In this document: positions 1-9,184 of the stretch, piece after piece
How positions within the stretch are numbered: the stretch's first letter is position 1
How the letters are laid out: every line of letters begins with the position of its first letter
Source: Gemmatimonadota bacterium
Lineage (GTDB): Bacteria; Gemmatimonadota; Gemmatimonadetes; Longimicrobiales; Gaopeijiaceae
Assembly: GCA_034521595.1 (NCBI GenBank)
Contig: JAXHMG010000003.1
Location: 512,001 to 576,000, forward strand
Length of the DNA stretch: 64,000 nt
Direction: 5' to 3'
The notes under the pieces: generated by a model
Seen by the model: the letters and a program-made list of their open reading frames with translations, nothing else
Told to the model about the DNA's origin: nothing
The model's database searches: none
Made by a program: the position numbers and the translations under genes

Positions 1-2
1 AC

Positions 3-281
3 ACCTTCGAGCGCGAGTTGAGCGGGGCCGCGGCTCGTTTCCGGCCCGACTTCGTCCTTACGTCCGCCGGCTTCGACGTGCTCGCCGGGGACCCGTTGGG
101 CGGGATGCTCCTCGAGCCGCAGGACCTGCACGCGATGACGCGCCGCATCGTGGAGGTGGGGGCCGAGCAGTGCGACGCACGAGTGGTCACGTTCCTGGAA
201 GGAGGATACGTCCCGGAGAGGCTCGGTGCGGGAGCGGTCGCCGTGATTCGCGCGCTCGCCGATCTCGAGGTCCCGGCATGA
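3..281 (+). CDS. Histone deacetylase-family protein, C-terminal part (5'-truncated by window)
   Basis: HDAC motifs RPDFVLTSAGFD...GDPLG and LEGGY; open frame runs to the window edge. Confidence 0.85.
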   Translation, partial: TFERELSGAAARFRPDFVLTSAGFDVLAGDPLGGMLLEPQDLHAMTRRIVEVGAEQCDARVVTFLEGGYVPERLGAGAVAVIRALADLEVPA

Positions 282-805
282 AGTCCGGGAGGAGCGTCCT
301 GCTCGCGGTCTTGGCCGTATCCGTGTCGGTTCTCTGGGCGGGATCGCTCGCGGGTCAGGACCGACCGGCCGCGGCCGACACGGCACCCGAGCGTGCCGTC
401 ACGGTCCACCCCGAGGCACGACGCGCCATCTCCGAGCTGCGCTCGCCATACTGTCCCGGGCTGATGCTCGAGGTCTGTCCATCCCCGCAGGCCGCGGAGC
501 TTCGGGACTCCATCGACGCGCTGGCTCGTGCCGGGCTTTCGGCGGACTCCATCGTGGAACGGGTACTCGGGGAGCACGGCGAGGAGTGGCGCGCCGTGCC
601 CCGGCGAGAGGGGGCGGGTTGGTGGGCTTGGCTCTTGCCTCCATTCGCGCTCCTGTTGGGCCTCGGAGTGGTTGCGGTGCTGCTGGCGCGGAAACGTCGA
701 GCGAGATCGGCGGAGGGGTCGTTTTCGGAGCCCGACGAGGCGGACCGGGAGCGGCTGGACAGGGCTCTCGAAGAGCTGGATCGATCCGAGCATCCGGACT
801 GGTGA
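278..805 (+). CDS. ccmH: Cytochrome c-type biogenesis protein, CcmH/CcmL/NrfF family (SxxC variant)
   Basis: Signal peptide, ELRSPYCPG...CPSPQAAELRDSI, TM helix WAWLLPPFALLLG; ATGA overlap with upstream stop. Confidence 0.75.
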   Translation: MKSGRSVLLAVLAVSVSVLWAGSLAGQDRPAAADTAPERAVTVHPEARRAISELRSPYCPGLMLEVCPSPQAAELRDSIDALARAGLSADSIVERVLGEHGEEWRAVPRREGAGWWAWLLPPFALLLGLGVVAVLLARKRRARSAEGSFSEPDEADRERLDRALEELDRSEHPDW

Positions 806-853
806 GCCGAGGAGTCGTTGCTCGTCGGGCGCGGCCCCCTACCTTTCCTCCCT

Positions 854-1870
854 ATGCCTTCCAACCAACAAGGTGGGCTGGAGCCCCTCCCGTCTCGGCC
901 CTCGATGCTCGACCTGATCCGGTTGAGCCCGCGTAGGCTCTTCCCCCCGGGTGGGCTCGAGCTTTACCGGCAGATCGCGCTCCTCACCCGGATGTCCGAG
1001 GAAGCCGAGGTGCTCGATGCCGCCTGCGGCAAGGGCGTCTCGCTCGAGTATTTCGTGCGTGAGTTCGGGGTGCACGGATCGGGTGTCGACCCGGATCGGA
1101 CCTTGGTCGAACAGGCCGAGCAACGCACCCGAGCGCTGGGCATCGCGGATCGGCTCCAGTTCCAGGAGGGGCGGGCGGATGCGCTACCCTACCGGGACGA
1201 GATCTTCGACGTGTCGGTCGGTGAGGTGGGCCTCGCTGGTCAGTGTGATCCTCGGGACGCGGTCCGTGAGCTCGTGCGTGTGACCAAGCCGGGCGGGTTC
1301 GTGGTGTTGGTTCAGCTCGTCTGGAAGGCCCCCGTGGACGCCGAGCGGCAGCGTGTGCTCGCCGAGCACCTCGGCGCCAGGCCGCGGATGGTCGTCGAAT
1401 GGAAGCGGTTCTTGCGGAGCGCCGGCGTGGAGGATCTTCATACCGAAGACTGGTCCGACGCCAGGACGTCGTTCCGTGCGACGGTGGCGAAGCCCTTCCC
1501 GGATTTCGTGGAGCTTTTCTCGATTGGAGAGAAGATCGGCATCATGCGACGCGCATGGGCTCAGTGGGGCTGGAAAGGGGTCTGGACCGCGTTCTCGCGA
1601 GAACGCGCCGTACACCGATTGCTCACTCGAGAGCGCATTCTGGGCCTCGATCTGCTGCGCGGCCGTCGGTCGGTTCCGGCCGACCGTGCCTGTGAGAGCG
1701 ACTCCGAGGTCGGTGAGGGAACGGCCGCGAACGATGGGAGGACGGAGGTCGATGCGGCGAGTCCGGCCACGGAAAGCGGCAAGCCGCGGGAGAACGCCTC
1801 CGCCACGATCGAAACCCGCGATCTTCCGCTGTTCGGAGATGGCCAGGACGAGGAGGACGAAGATGGCTGA
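854..1870 (+). CDS. Class I SAM-dependent methyltransferase
   Basis: Motif I VLDAACGKG, GRADALPYRDEIFD, ELVRVTKPGG; start uncertain (818/854/905). Confidence 0.8.
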   Translation: MPSNQQGGLEPLPSRPSMLDLIRLSPRRLFPPGGLELYRQIALLTRMSEEAEVLDAACGKGVSLEYFVREFGVHGSGVDPDRTLVEQAEQRTRALGIADRLQFQEGRADALPYRDEIFDVSVGEVGLAGQCDPRDAVRELVRVTKPGGFVVLVQLVWKAPVDAERQRVLAEHLGARPRMVVEWKRFLRSAGVEDLHTEDWSDARTSFRATVAKPFPDFVELFSIGEKIGIMRRAWAQWGWKGVWTAFSRERAVHRLLTRERILGLDLLRGRRSVPADRACESDSEVGEGTAANDGRTEVDAASPATESGKPRENASATIETRDLPLFGDGQDEEDEDG

Positions 1871-3068
1871 CGACGGCTCGGGGGCCCCTCTGCTACGGCA
1901 GGACGTCGTCGCGGAGGTGCAGGGTGCGCTGCGCCACGAAGATCTCGATGGCTGGCTTCTGTACGATTTTCACGGGCTGAACCCGGTCGCGCAGAGCCTG
2001 CTGGGGCTGGGCAAGACCACACGGCGTGGCTTCGTGCTGATCCCGGCCGAAGGACGGGCCGTCGCGCTCACACACGCTATTGAACGCTCGGCCTGGCGCG
2101 CTTGGCCGTTCGCGATCCGCGAGTATTCGAGTTGGAGAGCCCTGGAAGAGGAGCTTCGCGGACTGCTCGCGGGGCGCACGAGGCTCGCGATGGAGGTGTC
2201 GCCGGGAGGCGCGGTGCCCACGCTCGATCTCGTGCCAGGCGGGCTCGTCGGCTTCCTCTTGGGGTTGGGTCTGGAGATCACGAGCTCCGGCGATCTCGTG
2301 TCCCGCTTTCACAGCGCATGGACGAACCGAGGACTCGAGGACCACCGGAAGGCCGGCGGGATCGTAGCCGACCTGGCCGGCCGCGCTTTTCGTCGTGCCG
2401 CCGACGCCGCGAAGGCCGGCACTCCGACCACGGAGGGGCGCCTGTCCGACTGGATCCGCTCCGAGCTGCGCGATGCGGGGATCGTGCACGAAGCCGACTG
2501 CATCGTGGCGGTCGGATCCCGGGCGGCCGATCCCCACTATGTCCCGGACGGCGAAGGTGAGTCGATCGAGCGGGGTGTGCTCCTGTTGATCGATCTCTGG
2601 GGCGGCTTCGAGAGATCGGTCGCGGCCGACCAGACGTGGATGGGATTCCTCGGCCCACGCATCGACGAGCGGACCGCCGAGGTGTGGAAGGCGGTGCGAG
2701 ACGCTCGGGATGCGGCGCTCTCCTTCTTGCGTGAGCGTTACGCGGCGGGTGACGAAGTCCGCGGGTACGAGGTGGATGACGTTGCGCGGGGCGTCATCGA
2801 GGAGCGGGGCTTCGGCCCGTTCTTCGTGCACCGCACGGGGCACTCCATCGACACGTCCCTTCACGGCAGCGGCCCGAATCTCGACAACCTCGAGAGCAGG
2901 GACGATCGGCGCCTCGTTCCCGGGGTCGGATTCTCGGTCGAGCCGGGTGTATACATTCCCGGCGAGATCGGGGTCCGTAGCGAGATCAACGTTCATTGGG
3001 GAGAGGACGGACCCGAGGTCACGCCCTCCGAGATCCAGCGGGAGATCTTCCTCCTCCTCGACGATTGA
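1863..3068 (+). CDS. M24 family metallopeptidase (Xaa-Pro peptidase-like)
   Basis: ADPHY, LLIDLWG, ADQTW, HRTGHSI, SVEPGVY, GVRSEIN metal ligands; RBS GAGGA before ATG. Confidence 0.9.
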   Translation: MADDGSGAPLLRQDVVAEVQGALRHEDLDGWLLYDFHGLNPVAQSLLGLGKTTRRGFVLIPAEGRAVALTHAIERSAWRAWPFAIREYSSWRALEEELRGLLAGRTRLAMEVSPGGAVPTLDLVPGGLVGFLLGLGLEITSSGDLVSRFHSAWTNRGLEDHRKAGGIVADLAGRAFRRAADAAKAGTPTTEGRLSDWIRSELRDAGIVHEADCIVAVGSRAADPHYVPDGEGESIERGVLLLIDLWGGFERSVAADQTWMGFLGPRIDERTAEVWKAVRDARDAALSFLRERYAAGDEVRGYEVDDVARGVIEERGFGPFFVHRTGHSIDTSLHGSGPNLDNLESRDDRRLVPGVGFSVEPGVYIPGEIGVRSEINVHWGEDGPEVTPSEIQREIFLLLDD

Positions 3069-5542
3069 GCGAGATCAAACACCGGGTCGAGGTAGCGCTT
3101 CCACTCCCGATCCACCGGACGTTCACCTACGAGATCGAGGGCGAGCCACCGCCCTCCGGCACGCGCGTCTTGGTGCCGTTCCGAAACGCGGATCGGATCG
3201 GCTGGGTGGTCGGAACGGGGGAGGACGGTCCGATTCGGGGCTTACGCTCGGTGCTCTCGGTGCTCGACGACCGGCCGACGGTCACGGAAGATATTCTCGA
3301 GCTGTGCCGTTGGATGGCCGAGTACTACGCGGCTCCTCTCGGGATCACGATCCGTGCGACGCTTCCCGCCGTCCTGTCCGACGTGTCCCGTGACTACGTG
3401 ACATGGACGGGGAGCCAGGCGAGCGCAGAGGGCTTACGTCCTCGTGAGCGGAAGCTCATGGCGCATCTCTCCCGGGACGGAAAGCCCCACCGCGTCACGA
3501 CCCTCCGGCGTGCGCTCGGCATGGGGTCCATATGGGCCGAGGTACGTGCGCTCGAGGCACGCGGACTGCTCCGGCACGAGGCGGTCCCTCCGACGGAGCC
3601 GGCCGTGCGGACCAGGCGGGTCGTGCGTGTGAAGGACACCGTGGGCACGCTGGAGGAACGGGAGCGCCTGTTCGGCCGTGCGGACCGCCAGCGCGAAGCC
3701 TATGACTTGCTGGAAGCGTCGGGCGGTAGCGTGGAGCTCCGGCACCTGACCGGCGTGGAGGGGTTCAGCCGGAGCGTCGTGCAAGGCCTTCAGGACAAGG
3801 GATTGGTGGAGCTCGAGGACGAGGAGGAGATTCGCGATCCCTTCGCCCAGGCCCCGGTCCCCGCGCCGGTCGACCTCGTGCCCACACCGGCTCAACGCAC
3901 GGCCCTCGAGCGCCTCACCGCGGCGCTCGACGACCCCGCGCCGGCGCCCTTCCTCCTCCAGGGCATCACGGGGTCGGGGAAGACGCTCGTGTACATCGAG
4001 CTGCTTCGCGAAGTTCTTCGGCGAGGCAAGACCGCGATCGTGCTGGTTCCGGAGATCTCGTTGACGCCGCAGACCGTGTCGCGCTTCCAGGCGCACTTCG
4101 GTGGCCAGATCGCTGTGCTGCACTCCGGCCTGTCGAGCGGCGAACGTTACGATGCGTGGAGATTGCTCAGGGACGGTGAGCGGCGTGTGGCGGTGGGGGC
4201 ACGCTCCGCGCTTTTCGCGCCCTTGGAGGGGCTCGGGCTGGTCGTGGTCGACGAAGAGCACGACGGCAGCTACAAGCAGTCGGAGGCGCCCCGCTACCAG
4301 GCTCGTGATCTGGCGGTGATGCGGGCCCGTTCCCACGGCGCCGTGTGTCTCCTGGGAAGCGCCACGCCTTCGCTGGAAAGCCGCTATAATGCCGAGACGG
4401 GTAAGTTCGTGCGTCTCGAGCTTCCGGAGCGCGCCGGAGGAGCTTCGCTCCCCGACGTCGATGTCGTCGACCTGCGAGAAGAGCGCAAACGGCGAGCGAA
4501 GCCGCGCGGCGGAGGCGAAGGTGGGCCCGAGCAGCACGTGTTCTCGACGCGGTTGGTGGAGGCGGTCGAGCTTCGGCTTCGCAAGGGCGAGCAGGTGATC
4601 CTGCTCTTGAATCGTCGCGGCTACTCCTCGTTCGTGCAGTGCCGTTCGTGCGGCGAGGTCGAGCGCTGCGAGAACTGTAGCATCTCCCTCACCTTCCATC
4701 GGGTGACTCGGCGGATCGTCTGCCACCACTGTCGATTCGAGGCTCCTGCGCCGAGCCGGTGCCCCCGCTGTGGCTCTGACGATCTCTCGTTTCGAGGGGT
4801 GGGCACGGAGCAGGTCGAGAGGGTCGCGGTCGAGACTTTCCCCAGTGCGCGGATCGCTCGGATGGACGTCGACACGACGTCCGGAAAATGGGCTCACCAA
4901 CGCATCCTCGACCGGGTGGAGCGACACGAGGTGGACATCCTCCTCGGCACGCAGATGATCGCCAAGGGGCTCGATTTTCCGGGAGTGACCCTCGTCGGCG
5001 TCGTCAACGCGGACGTGGGTCTGCATCTGCCTGATTTTCGCGCTAGCGAGCGCACCTTTCAGCTCCTCTCCCAGGTCGCCGGAAGGGCGGGGCGGGGGGC
5101 CCTGGGTGGCGAGGTTCTGGTCCAAACCTCGATGCCGGAGCACTACGCCGTCCAGGCGGCTCTCAGCCACGACTACGAGGGCTTCGTCCGACGGGAGCTC
5201 GAGGAGCGTCGACATCCCCGGTACCCTCCTCACGTGCGTCTCGCGAACGTGGTCGTCAGCAGCCCGGACCAGACGCTCGCCGCCGAAGGGGCGGAGGCCG
5301 CCGCGAGCTGGTTGAAGCCGCGCCTCGCCAGGGGCGGGGGTGGCGCGGATGAGGTCGAGCTCGTCGGACCCGCTCCGGCGCCCATCGAACGGCTCCATGG
5401 ACGGTGGCGTTGGCACTTCCTGCTTCGTGCCGCCTCACCCAAGGGCCTCGGTGTCGCCGTCCGAACGCTTGTGACCCGCTTCCGTCTCCCTTCCGGTGAC
5501 GTGAGGCTCGCGCTCGACCGCGACCCGGTGGCGCTGCTCTAG
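3065..5542 (+). CDS. priA: Primosomal protein N'
   Basis: GITGSGKT, LVPEISLTPQ, DEEHD, eight-Cys Zn cluster, GTQMIAKGLDFP, QVAGRAGR; TTG start overlapping upstream stop. Confidence 0.97.
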   Translation: MSEIKHRVEVALPLPIHRTFTYEIEGEPPPSGTRVLVPFRNADRIGWVVGTGEDGPIRGLRSVLSVLDDRPTVTEDILELCRWMAEYYAAPLGITIRATLPAVLSDVSRDYVTWTGSQASAEGLRPRERKLMAHLSRDGKPHRVTTLRRALGMGSIWAEVRALEARGLLRHEAVPPTEPAVRTRRVVRVKDTVGTLEERERLFGRADRQREAYDLLEASGGSVELRHLTGVEGFSRSVVQGLQDKGLVELEDEEEIRDPFAQAPVPAPVDLVPTPAQRTALERLTAALDDPAPAPFLLQGITGSGKTLVYIELLREVLRRGKTAIVLVPEISLTPQTVSRFQAHFGGQIAVLHSGLSSGERYDAWRLLRDGERRVAVGARSALFAPLEGLGLVVVDEEHDGSYKQSEAPRYQARDLAVMRARSHGAVCLLGSATPSLESRYNAETGKFVRLELPERAGGASLPDVDVVDLREERKRRAKPRGGGEGGPEQHVFSTRLVEAVELRLRKGEQVILLLNRRGYSSFVQCRSCGEVERCENCSISLTFHRVTRRIVCHHCRFEAPAPSRCPRCGSDDLSFRGVGTEQVERVAVETFPSARIARMDVDTTSGKWAHQRILDRVERHEVDILLGTQMIAKGLDFPGVTLVGVVNADVGLHLPDFRASERTFQLLSQVAGRAGRGALGGEVLVQTSMPEHYAVQAALSHDYEGFVRRELEERRHPRYPPHVRLANVVVSSPDQTLAAEGAEAAASWLKPRLARGGGGADEVELVGPAPAPIERLHGRWRWHFLLRAASPKGLGVAVRTLVTRFRLPSGDVRLALDRDPVALL

Positions 5543-5605
5543 CACGGAATGCTAGCGTCACACGCCGACTTCTCCGTAAGCCCGCCCGGTGCCACCAGGG
5601 TCGCT

Positions 5606-5752
5606 CACGCCGGACGTCCTGGTCCGGCTGGTTGAGCTTCCGGGCGGTCCCATTGCACGGATCCGGTGCTGCGGCGTACGTTCGGATCGACCGTGCCGGC
5701 CTGGTGAATGAGTCCGGAAGTCAACCCGATCACCGGATGAGGAGGGTCCGTG
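5606..5752 (+). promoter_or_regulatory. Long rod-like RNA hairpin in the 5' leader of the HNH gene, sequestering the RBS
   Basis: Nested colinear stems, e.g. CTTCCGGGC 5637-45/GTCCGGAAG 5712-20, GGTTGA/TCAACC, GCACGG/CCGTGC, TCCT/AGGA, CGGAC/GTCCG. Confidence 0.5.
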
Positions 5753-6328
5753 GGTTGCCTCGCGCTGAATGCATCGTTCGAGCCGCTGACCATCGTGCCG
5801 CTCCGGCGGGCGGTGCGCTTGGTGTTGGACGGGAAGGCGGAGATCGTGGAACAGGACGGGGACCGTCGCTTCCGCTCGGAGCAGGAGGCGGTACCGTGTC
5901 CCGCCGTCATCCGGTTGGTGCGGTATGTCCACGTGCCGCGGCGGTTCCGCCGACAGGTGACCAATACGTTCCTGTTCGCGCGGGACGACTACACGTGTCA
6001 GTATTGTGGCCGCCATCGTCGTGAGCTCAAGCGGCGTCAGTTCCTCACCCGGGATCACGTGCTTCCCGTTTCCCGCGGCGGCGCAAACGCCTGGACGAAC
6101 GTGGTCACGAGTTGCTCGTCATGTAACAACCGCAAGGGCAATCGGTTGCCTCGGGAGGCCGGCCTGGACCTTAGAACCGAGCCCGACGAGCCGAACTACG
6201 TTCATCTGGTCTGGGTCGTCCGGCGGGTGACGGGCCTCCAGGCGAAATACATCAGGATGTTCTACGGAGAGGAAGTGCTCGACGATGTGGCGATCCGGCG
6301 CTCCAATCAGTCGTCGAGCCACGCGTAG
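5750..6328 (+). CDS. HNH endonuclease (McrA-like)
   Basis: LALNASFEPL N-terminus, RDDYTCQYCG, LTRDHVLPVSRGG, NVVTSCSSCNNRKG; RBS GAGGAGG. Confidence 0.92.
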   Translation: MGCLALNASFEPLTIVPLRRAVRLVLDGKAEIVEQDGDRRFRSEQEAVPCPAVIRLVRYVHVPRRFRRQVTNTFLFARDDYTCQYCGRHRRELKRRQFLTRDHVLPVSRGGANAWTNVVTSCSSCNNRKGNRLPREAGLDLRTEPDEPNYVHLVWVVRRVTGLQAKYIRMFYGEEVLDDVAIRRSNQSSSHA

Positions 6329-6780
6329 GGACGCTCACAGAACTGTCCGTAGCCGCGGATCGTCCCTTGGTTGGTGTATTCCTTCCAACAGACCATCCAA
6401 CCGCGTACCGGATCGTGCAGCACGTCGTAGTGGAAGCCCGGATGATCCACGCGCTCGGCCAGGAATCGCTGGAGGTACGCGGGCATGTTGGCGATGCCGT
6501 CCACTTCGAACGAGACGTCGGCGTCGTCTTCGATCGTGGCCTGAATCTCGGACTCCGACAGCTTGAGGGTGCGGATGGCCTCCTCGATGGCCTCCTGGAC
6601 CGGACTCAAATCTGGAGCGGTTCCGGTCCGGCCCTTGATGATCTTCAACAGCCCCGTTGTCCCGGAGGCCGCGAGCTCGTCCCGAGCACGAACGAACTGT
6701 ACGAGAAGCTGCTCGTGGAGACGCAGGAGCTGTGTATACTCCCGCTTCGCCTGAGCTCGCGGCTCGTTTTCGTCTGCCAT
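6307..6780 (-). CDS. Hypothetical protein (N-terminal helical part, C-terminal aromatic-rich domain)
   Basis: Protein-like composition, RBS GAGG before ATG 6780; no recognised motif. Confidence 0.7.
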   Translation of the reverse strand: MADENEPRAQAKREYTQLLRLHEQLLVQFVRARDELAASGTTGLLKIIKGRTGTAPDLSPVQEAIEEAIRTLKLSESEIQATIEDDADVSFEVDGIANMPAYLQRFLAERVDHPGFHYDVLHDPVRGWMVCWKEYTNQGTIRGYGQFCERPYAWLDD

Positions 6781-7051
6781 GCAATGCACCTCGGGTGGGC
6801 GGGATGCCCGGCCGCTTGGATTCCGCTGGGAAAGACGATAATAAGGGGACTGCGGGGTTGCTCGGCAACACCATCACGGGAATCGCGCATCGATACTGGC
6901 GTTGACAGCCCGTGGACCTCCCGATGCACTTGACCCGGCTGCACGCTCGGCCCTAAGCATTCAAGTGGACGCACTCTCCCGGATCCGGAGCATCCGTGGA
7001 CGCGGCCCTCACTCGAGAAGTCCGTGGTTCCCTTGATGCCGGAGTCTCTTC

Positions 7052-7462
7052 ATGAATCCACGATCACACCGTGACCCACCTGCGTCGGAAGAGCGGCGTC
7101 GGTCCAAGCCGACGCCGGTACGCGCCCTCCAGGACGTCGAGACTTCGCCGCCCACGGAGCCGAGTCCTCCAACCGAAGAAACCTCCGTTACGATCGAAGG
7201 GGTCGCCTGGAGCGTTCGCGTCGACGGTGAGGCCGAAGGGCCGGGTGGAGCGCGGGGGCCGCACCTCCTGTTCCTCCGCTTCGACGAGGAAGGAGCGGAT
7301 GGTGATGATGCGTCGGCCAGGAGTGCGTGGGTGGTAGGCGACCGGTTGGGCGACGTGCCCGCCGCCCGACTGGAGGACGCTTTCCGTCGGGCGCAGCCTT
7401 GGACCACGCCGGATCAGCCCAGAAGCTTCTTCGAGGACGCGAGCGCCCGTCGAGGCCGCTGA
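7052..7462 (+). CDS. Hypothetical protein
   Basis: ATG ORF filling the intergenic gap, plausible composition; no motif. Confidence 0.5.
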   Translation: MNPRSHRDPPASEERRRSKPTPVRALQDVETSPPTEPSPPTEETSVTIEGVAWSVRVDGEAEGPGGARGPHLLFLRFDEEGADGDDASARSAWVVGDRLGDVPAARLEDAFRRAQPWTTPDQPRSFFEDASARRGR

Positions 7463-7639
7463 AGCACGGCTGGCCGGCCGCGTGCCCGCGCGAGAGCGGT
7501 GCCCCCGAGGCGCTCCGGGGTATGCGGTCGGAGCGAGCATGGACTTAGGTTCATGCGTTCGATGTCCGTCGCGCCTCGTGGATGCTCGAGGTCCGTGACC
7601 CTCCCGCTCGACTCACCTTCAACACGCTCCCCGTCCCAG

Positions 7640-8224
7640 GTGTCTTCAAAGCAGGCAGAGAAGCCTACCGACCGCGAGTTGGTCCGACGAGCCCGGGAGG
7701 GTGACGAGAGGGCCTTCGGGCTGCTCGTCCAGCGGTATCAACGGCCAGCATATGCCGTTGCGCTGTCGGTGGTCGGGAAACACGAGGATGCAGAAGACGC
7801 GGCTCAGGAAGCGTTCCTGGTCGCATTGGAGAGACTGGAGGAATGTCGCAACCCGGATCGCTTCGGTGGATGGTTGCTCACGATCGTCAGGAACCGTTCC
7901 AAGAACCTGATCCGTCGTGAGTCCCTGCGGGACACGGACGAGGTGCCTCCGGCCACGCAATCGAAGATGCCGACGCCGGACCGCGTGACCGAAACGGCCG
8001 AGTTGCGAGGGTTGCTCGAAGAAGCCATGGAGGACCTTCCGGAAGTGCAGAGGGAAGTCGTGATGCTGCATGACTTGGAAGGCTGGAAACATCGGGAGAT
8101 CGCGGAGCGTTTGGACTTGCCTCCGGGGACGGTGCGGTCTCATTTGCATTTCGCGAGGAAGGCGCTGAGGAAGGCGCTCCGGGATCTGCCGGGAGCGCCG
8201 GAAGCCAAGAGGAATACTCGATGA
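7640..8224 (+). CDS. ECF sigma-70 factor
   Basis: DRELVRRAREGDERAF, DAEDAAQEAF, FGGWLLTIVRN, region 4 REIAERLDLPPGTVRSHL; start uncertain (7562-7679). Confidence 0.93.
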   Translation: MSSKQAEKPTDRELVRRAREGDERAFGLLVQRYQRPAYAVALSVVGKHEDAEDAAQEAFLVALERLEECRNPDRFGGWLLTIVRNRSKNLIRRESLRDTDEVPPATQSKMPTPDRVTETAELRGLLEEAMEDLPEVQREVVMLHDLEGWKHREIAERLDLPPGTVRSHLHFARKALRKALRDLPGAPEAKRNTR

Positions 8225-8628
8225 GCGATAGATTGGAACAGACGATGACGGACGATCCGCGGATGGACATGGAGTTGTACGAAGCGCTCACGTCGCTCGA
8301 TCCGGGTGAGCGTGATCCGGCCTATTGGACGCGCTTCGGAAGCTCGGTGCTGTCTGGTGCCGGTCCGGAGTTGGCTAGACGACGAGCCCTTGCGTCGATG
8401 ACCGTGGGGGACGTGTTGATCGGTTGGGCCAGAGCGCTCGTGCCGACGGCGATGGTCGCGGTGGCGGTCGCGGGAGTGATGCTGATGCGGGCTCAAGGAG
8501 CTCCGACTTCGACCCCGTTGGGAATCGAGGAGATGCTGGTGAGTGACCTCCAGGGCATCACCGTCCAACATATCTCGTCGCTCGACGGTGTGGGTGACCC
8601 CGAGACCCTGGCTGCGGAGATCTTTTAA
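8221..8628 (+). CDS. Putative membrane anti-sigma factor
   Basis: ATGA overlap with ECF gene; single TM helix WARALVPTAMVAVAVAGVMLM. Confidence 0.65.
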   Translation: MSDRLEQTMTDDPRMDMELYEALTSLDPGERDPAYWTRFGSSVLSGAGPELARRRALASMTVGDVLIGWARALVPTAMVAVAVAGVMLMRAQGAPTSTPLGIEEMLVSDLQGITVQHISSLDGVGDPETLAAEIF

Positions 8629-9071
8629 TGAGCCAGCAGACCAGGACCCGTATCGTGACGGCAAGCCTTTTGCTGACCGTGTTCGGGGCCGGGATGTTGC
8701 TCGGATTCGCGGCGGATACGATCCTGACCGGTACGCCGGCCGCCGCGCTCGCGACCTCCGCCGAAGAGAACGGTACTGACGGTGGCGAGGACGGTGAAAG
8801 CGAACGGACTCCGATGTACGAGCAGGTGGGGCCGGATTCTGCCCAGAGCGTCGTGATCGATTCGATCGTGCGGGAGCACCGCGCGCGAATGGATTCGCTC
8901 AACCGCGAGTTCCAGGAGAACTACGACCCACGCTTCCGGGCCATCGTGGAGGAGACTCGCGAGGCCATCAAGGAAGTGTTCACCCCGGAGCAGGCCGCTC
9001 GCTATCAGGAGCTGGTAGAGGCGCGAGACCGGGAGCGAGCGGCTGAAGAAGCTGGTGAGGACGACGCCTGA
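8628..9071 (+). CDS. Spy/CpxP/ZraP-like periplasmic helical protein
   Basis: N-terminal TM/signal, helical body, LTXXQ-like FTPEQ motif; TAATG overlap. Confidence 0.65.
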   Translation: MSQQTRTRIVTASLLLTVFGAGMLLGFAADTILTGTPAAALATSAEENGTDGGEDGESERTPMYEQVGPDSAQSVVIDSIVREHRARMDSLNREFQENYDPRFRAIVEETREAIKEVFTPEQAARYQELVEARDRERAAEEAGEDDA

Positions 9072-9184
9072 GGCGTGATCCACGCGCATCGTTGGCGCGC
9101 CTCGTCCACGTGGCGAAGCGCGAATCCGCGTTCGGCGCATGGTCGGGTGAGCGGTGATGGCCGAGTGCTGACCGGGAGGGGATC

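Noticed and set aside
3434-5416. 660-aa antisense ORF over priA, and similar long shadow ORFs over metH, sprA, pilB, katG, the ATPase and ahcY
   Set aside because: Typical stop-poor antisense frames of high-GC genes; no motifs; the opposite strand has clear conserved genes
5606-5752. SRP RNA or 6S RNA identity for the hairpin
   Set aside because: GTCCGGAAG lies in a stem rather than the SRP GNRA loop context, and no large symmetric central bubble as in 6S; needs an Rfam scan to exclude fully
5750-6328. HNH as IscB/Cas9-like RNA-guided nuclease
   Set aside because: Only 192 aa, no RuvC or PLMP motifs, no CRISPR array or IS ends
6895-6965. TTGACA/TTGACC promoter-like boxes
   Set aside because: No convincing -10 box at correct spacing
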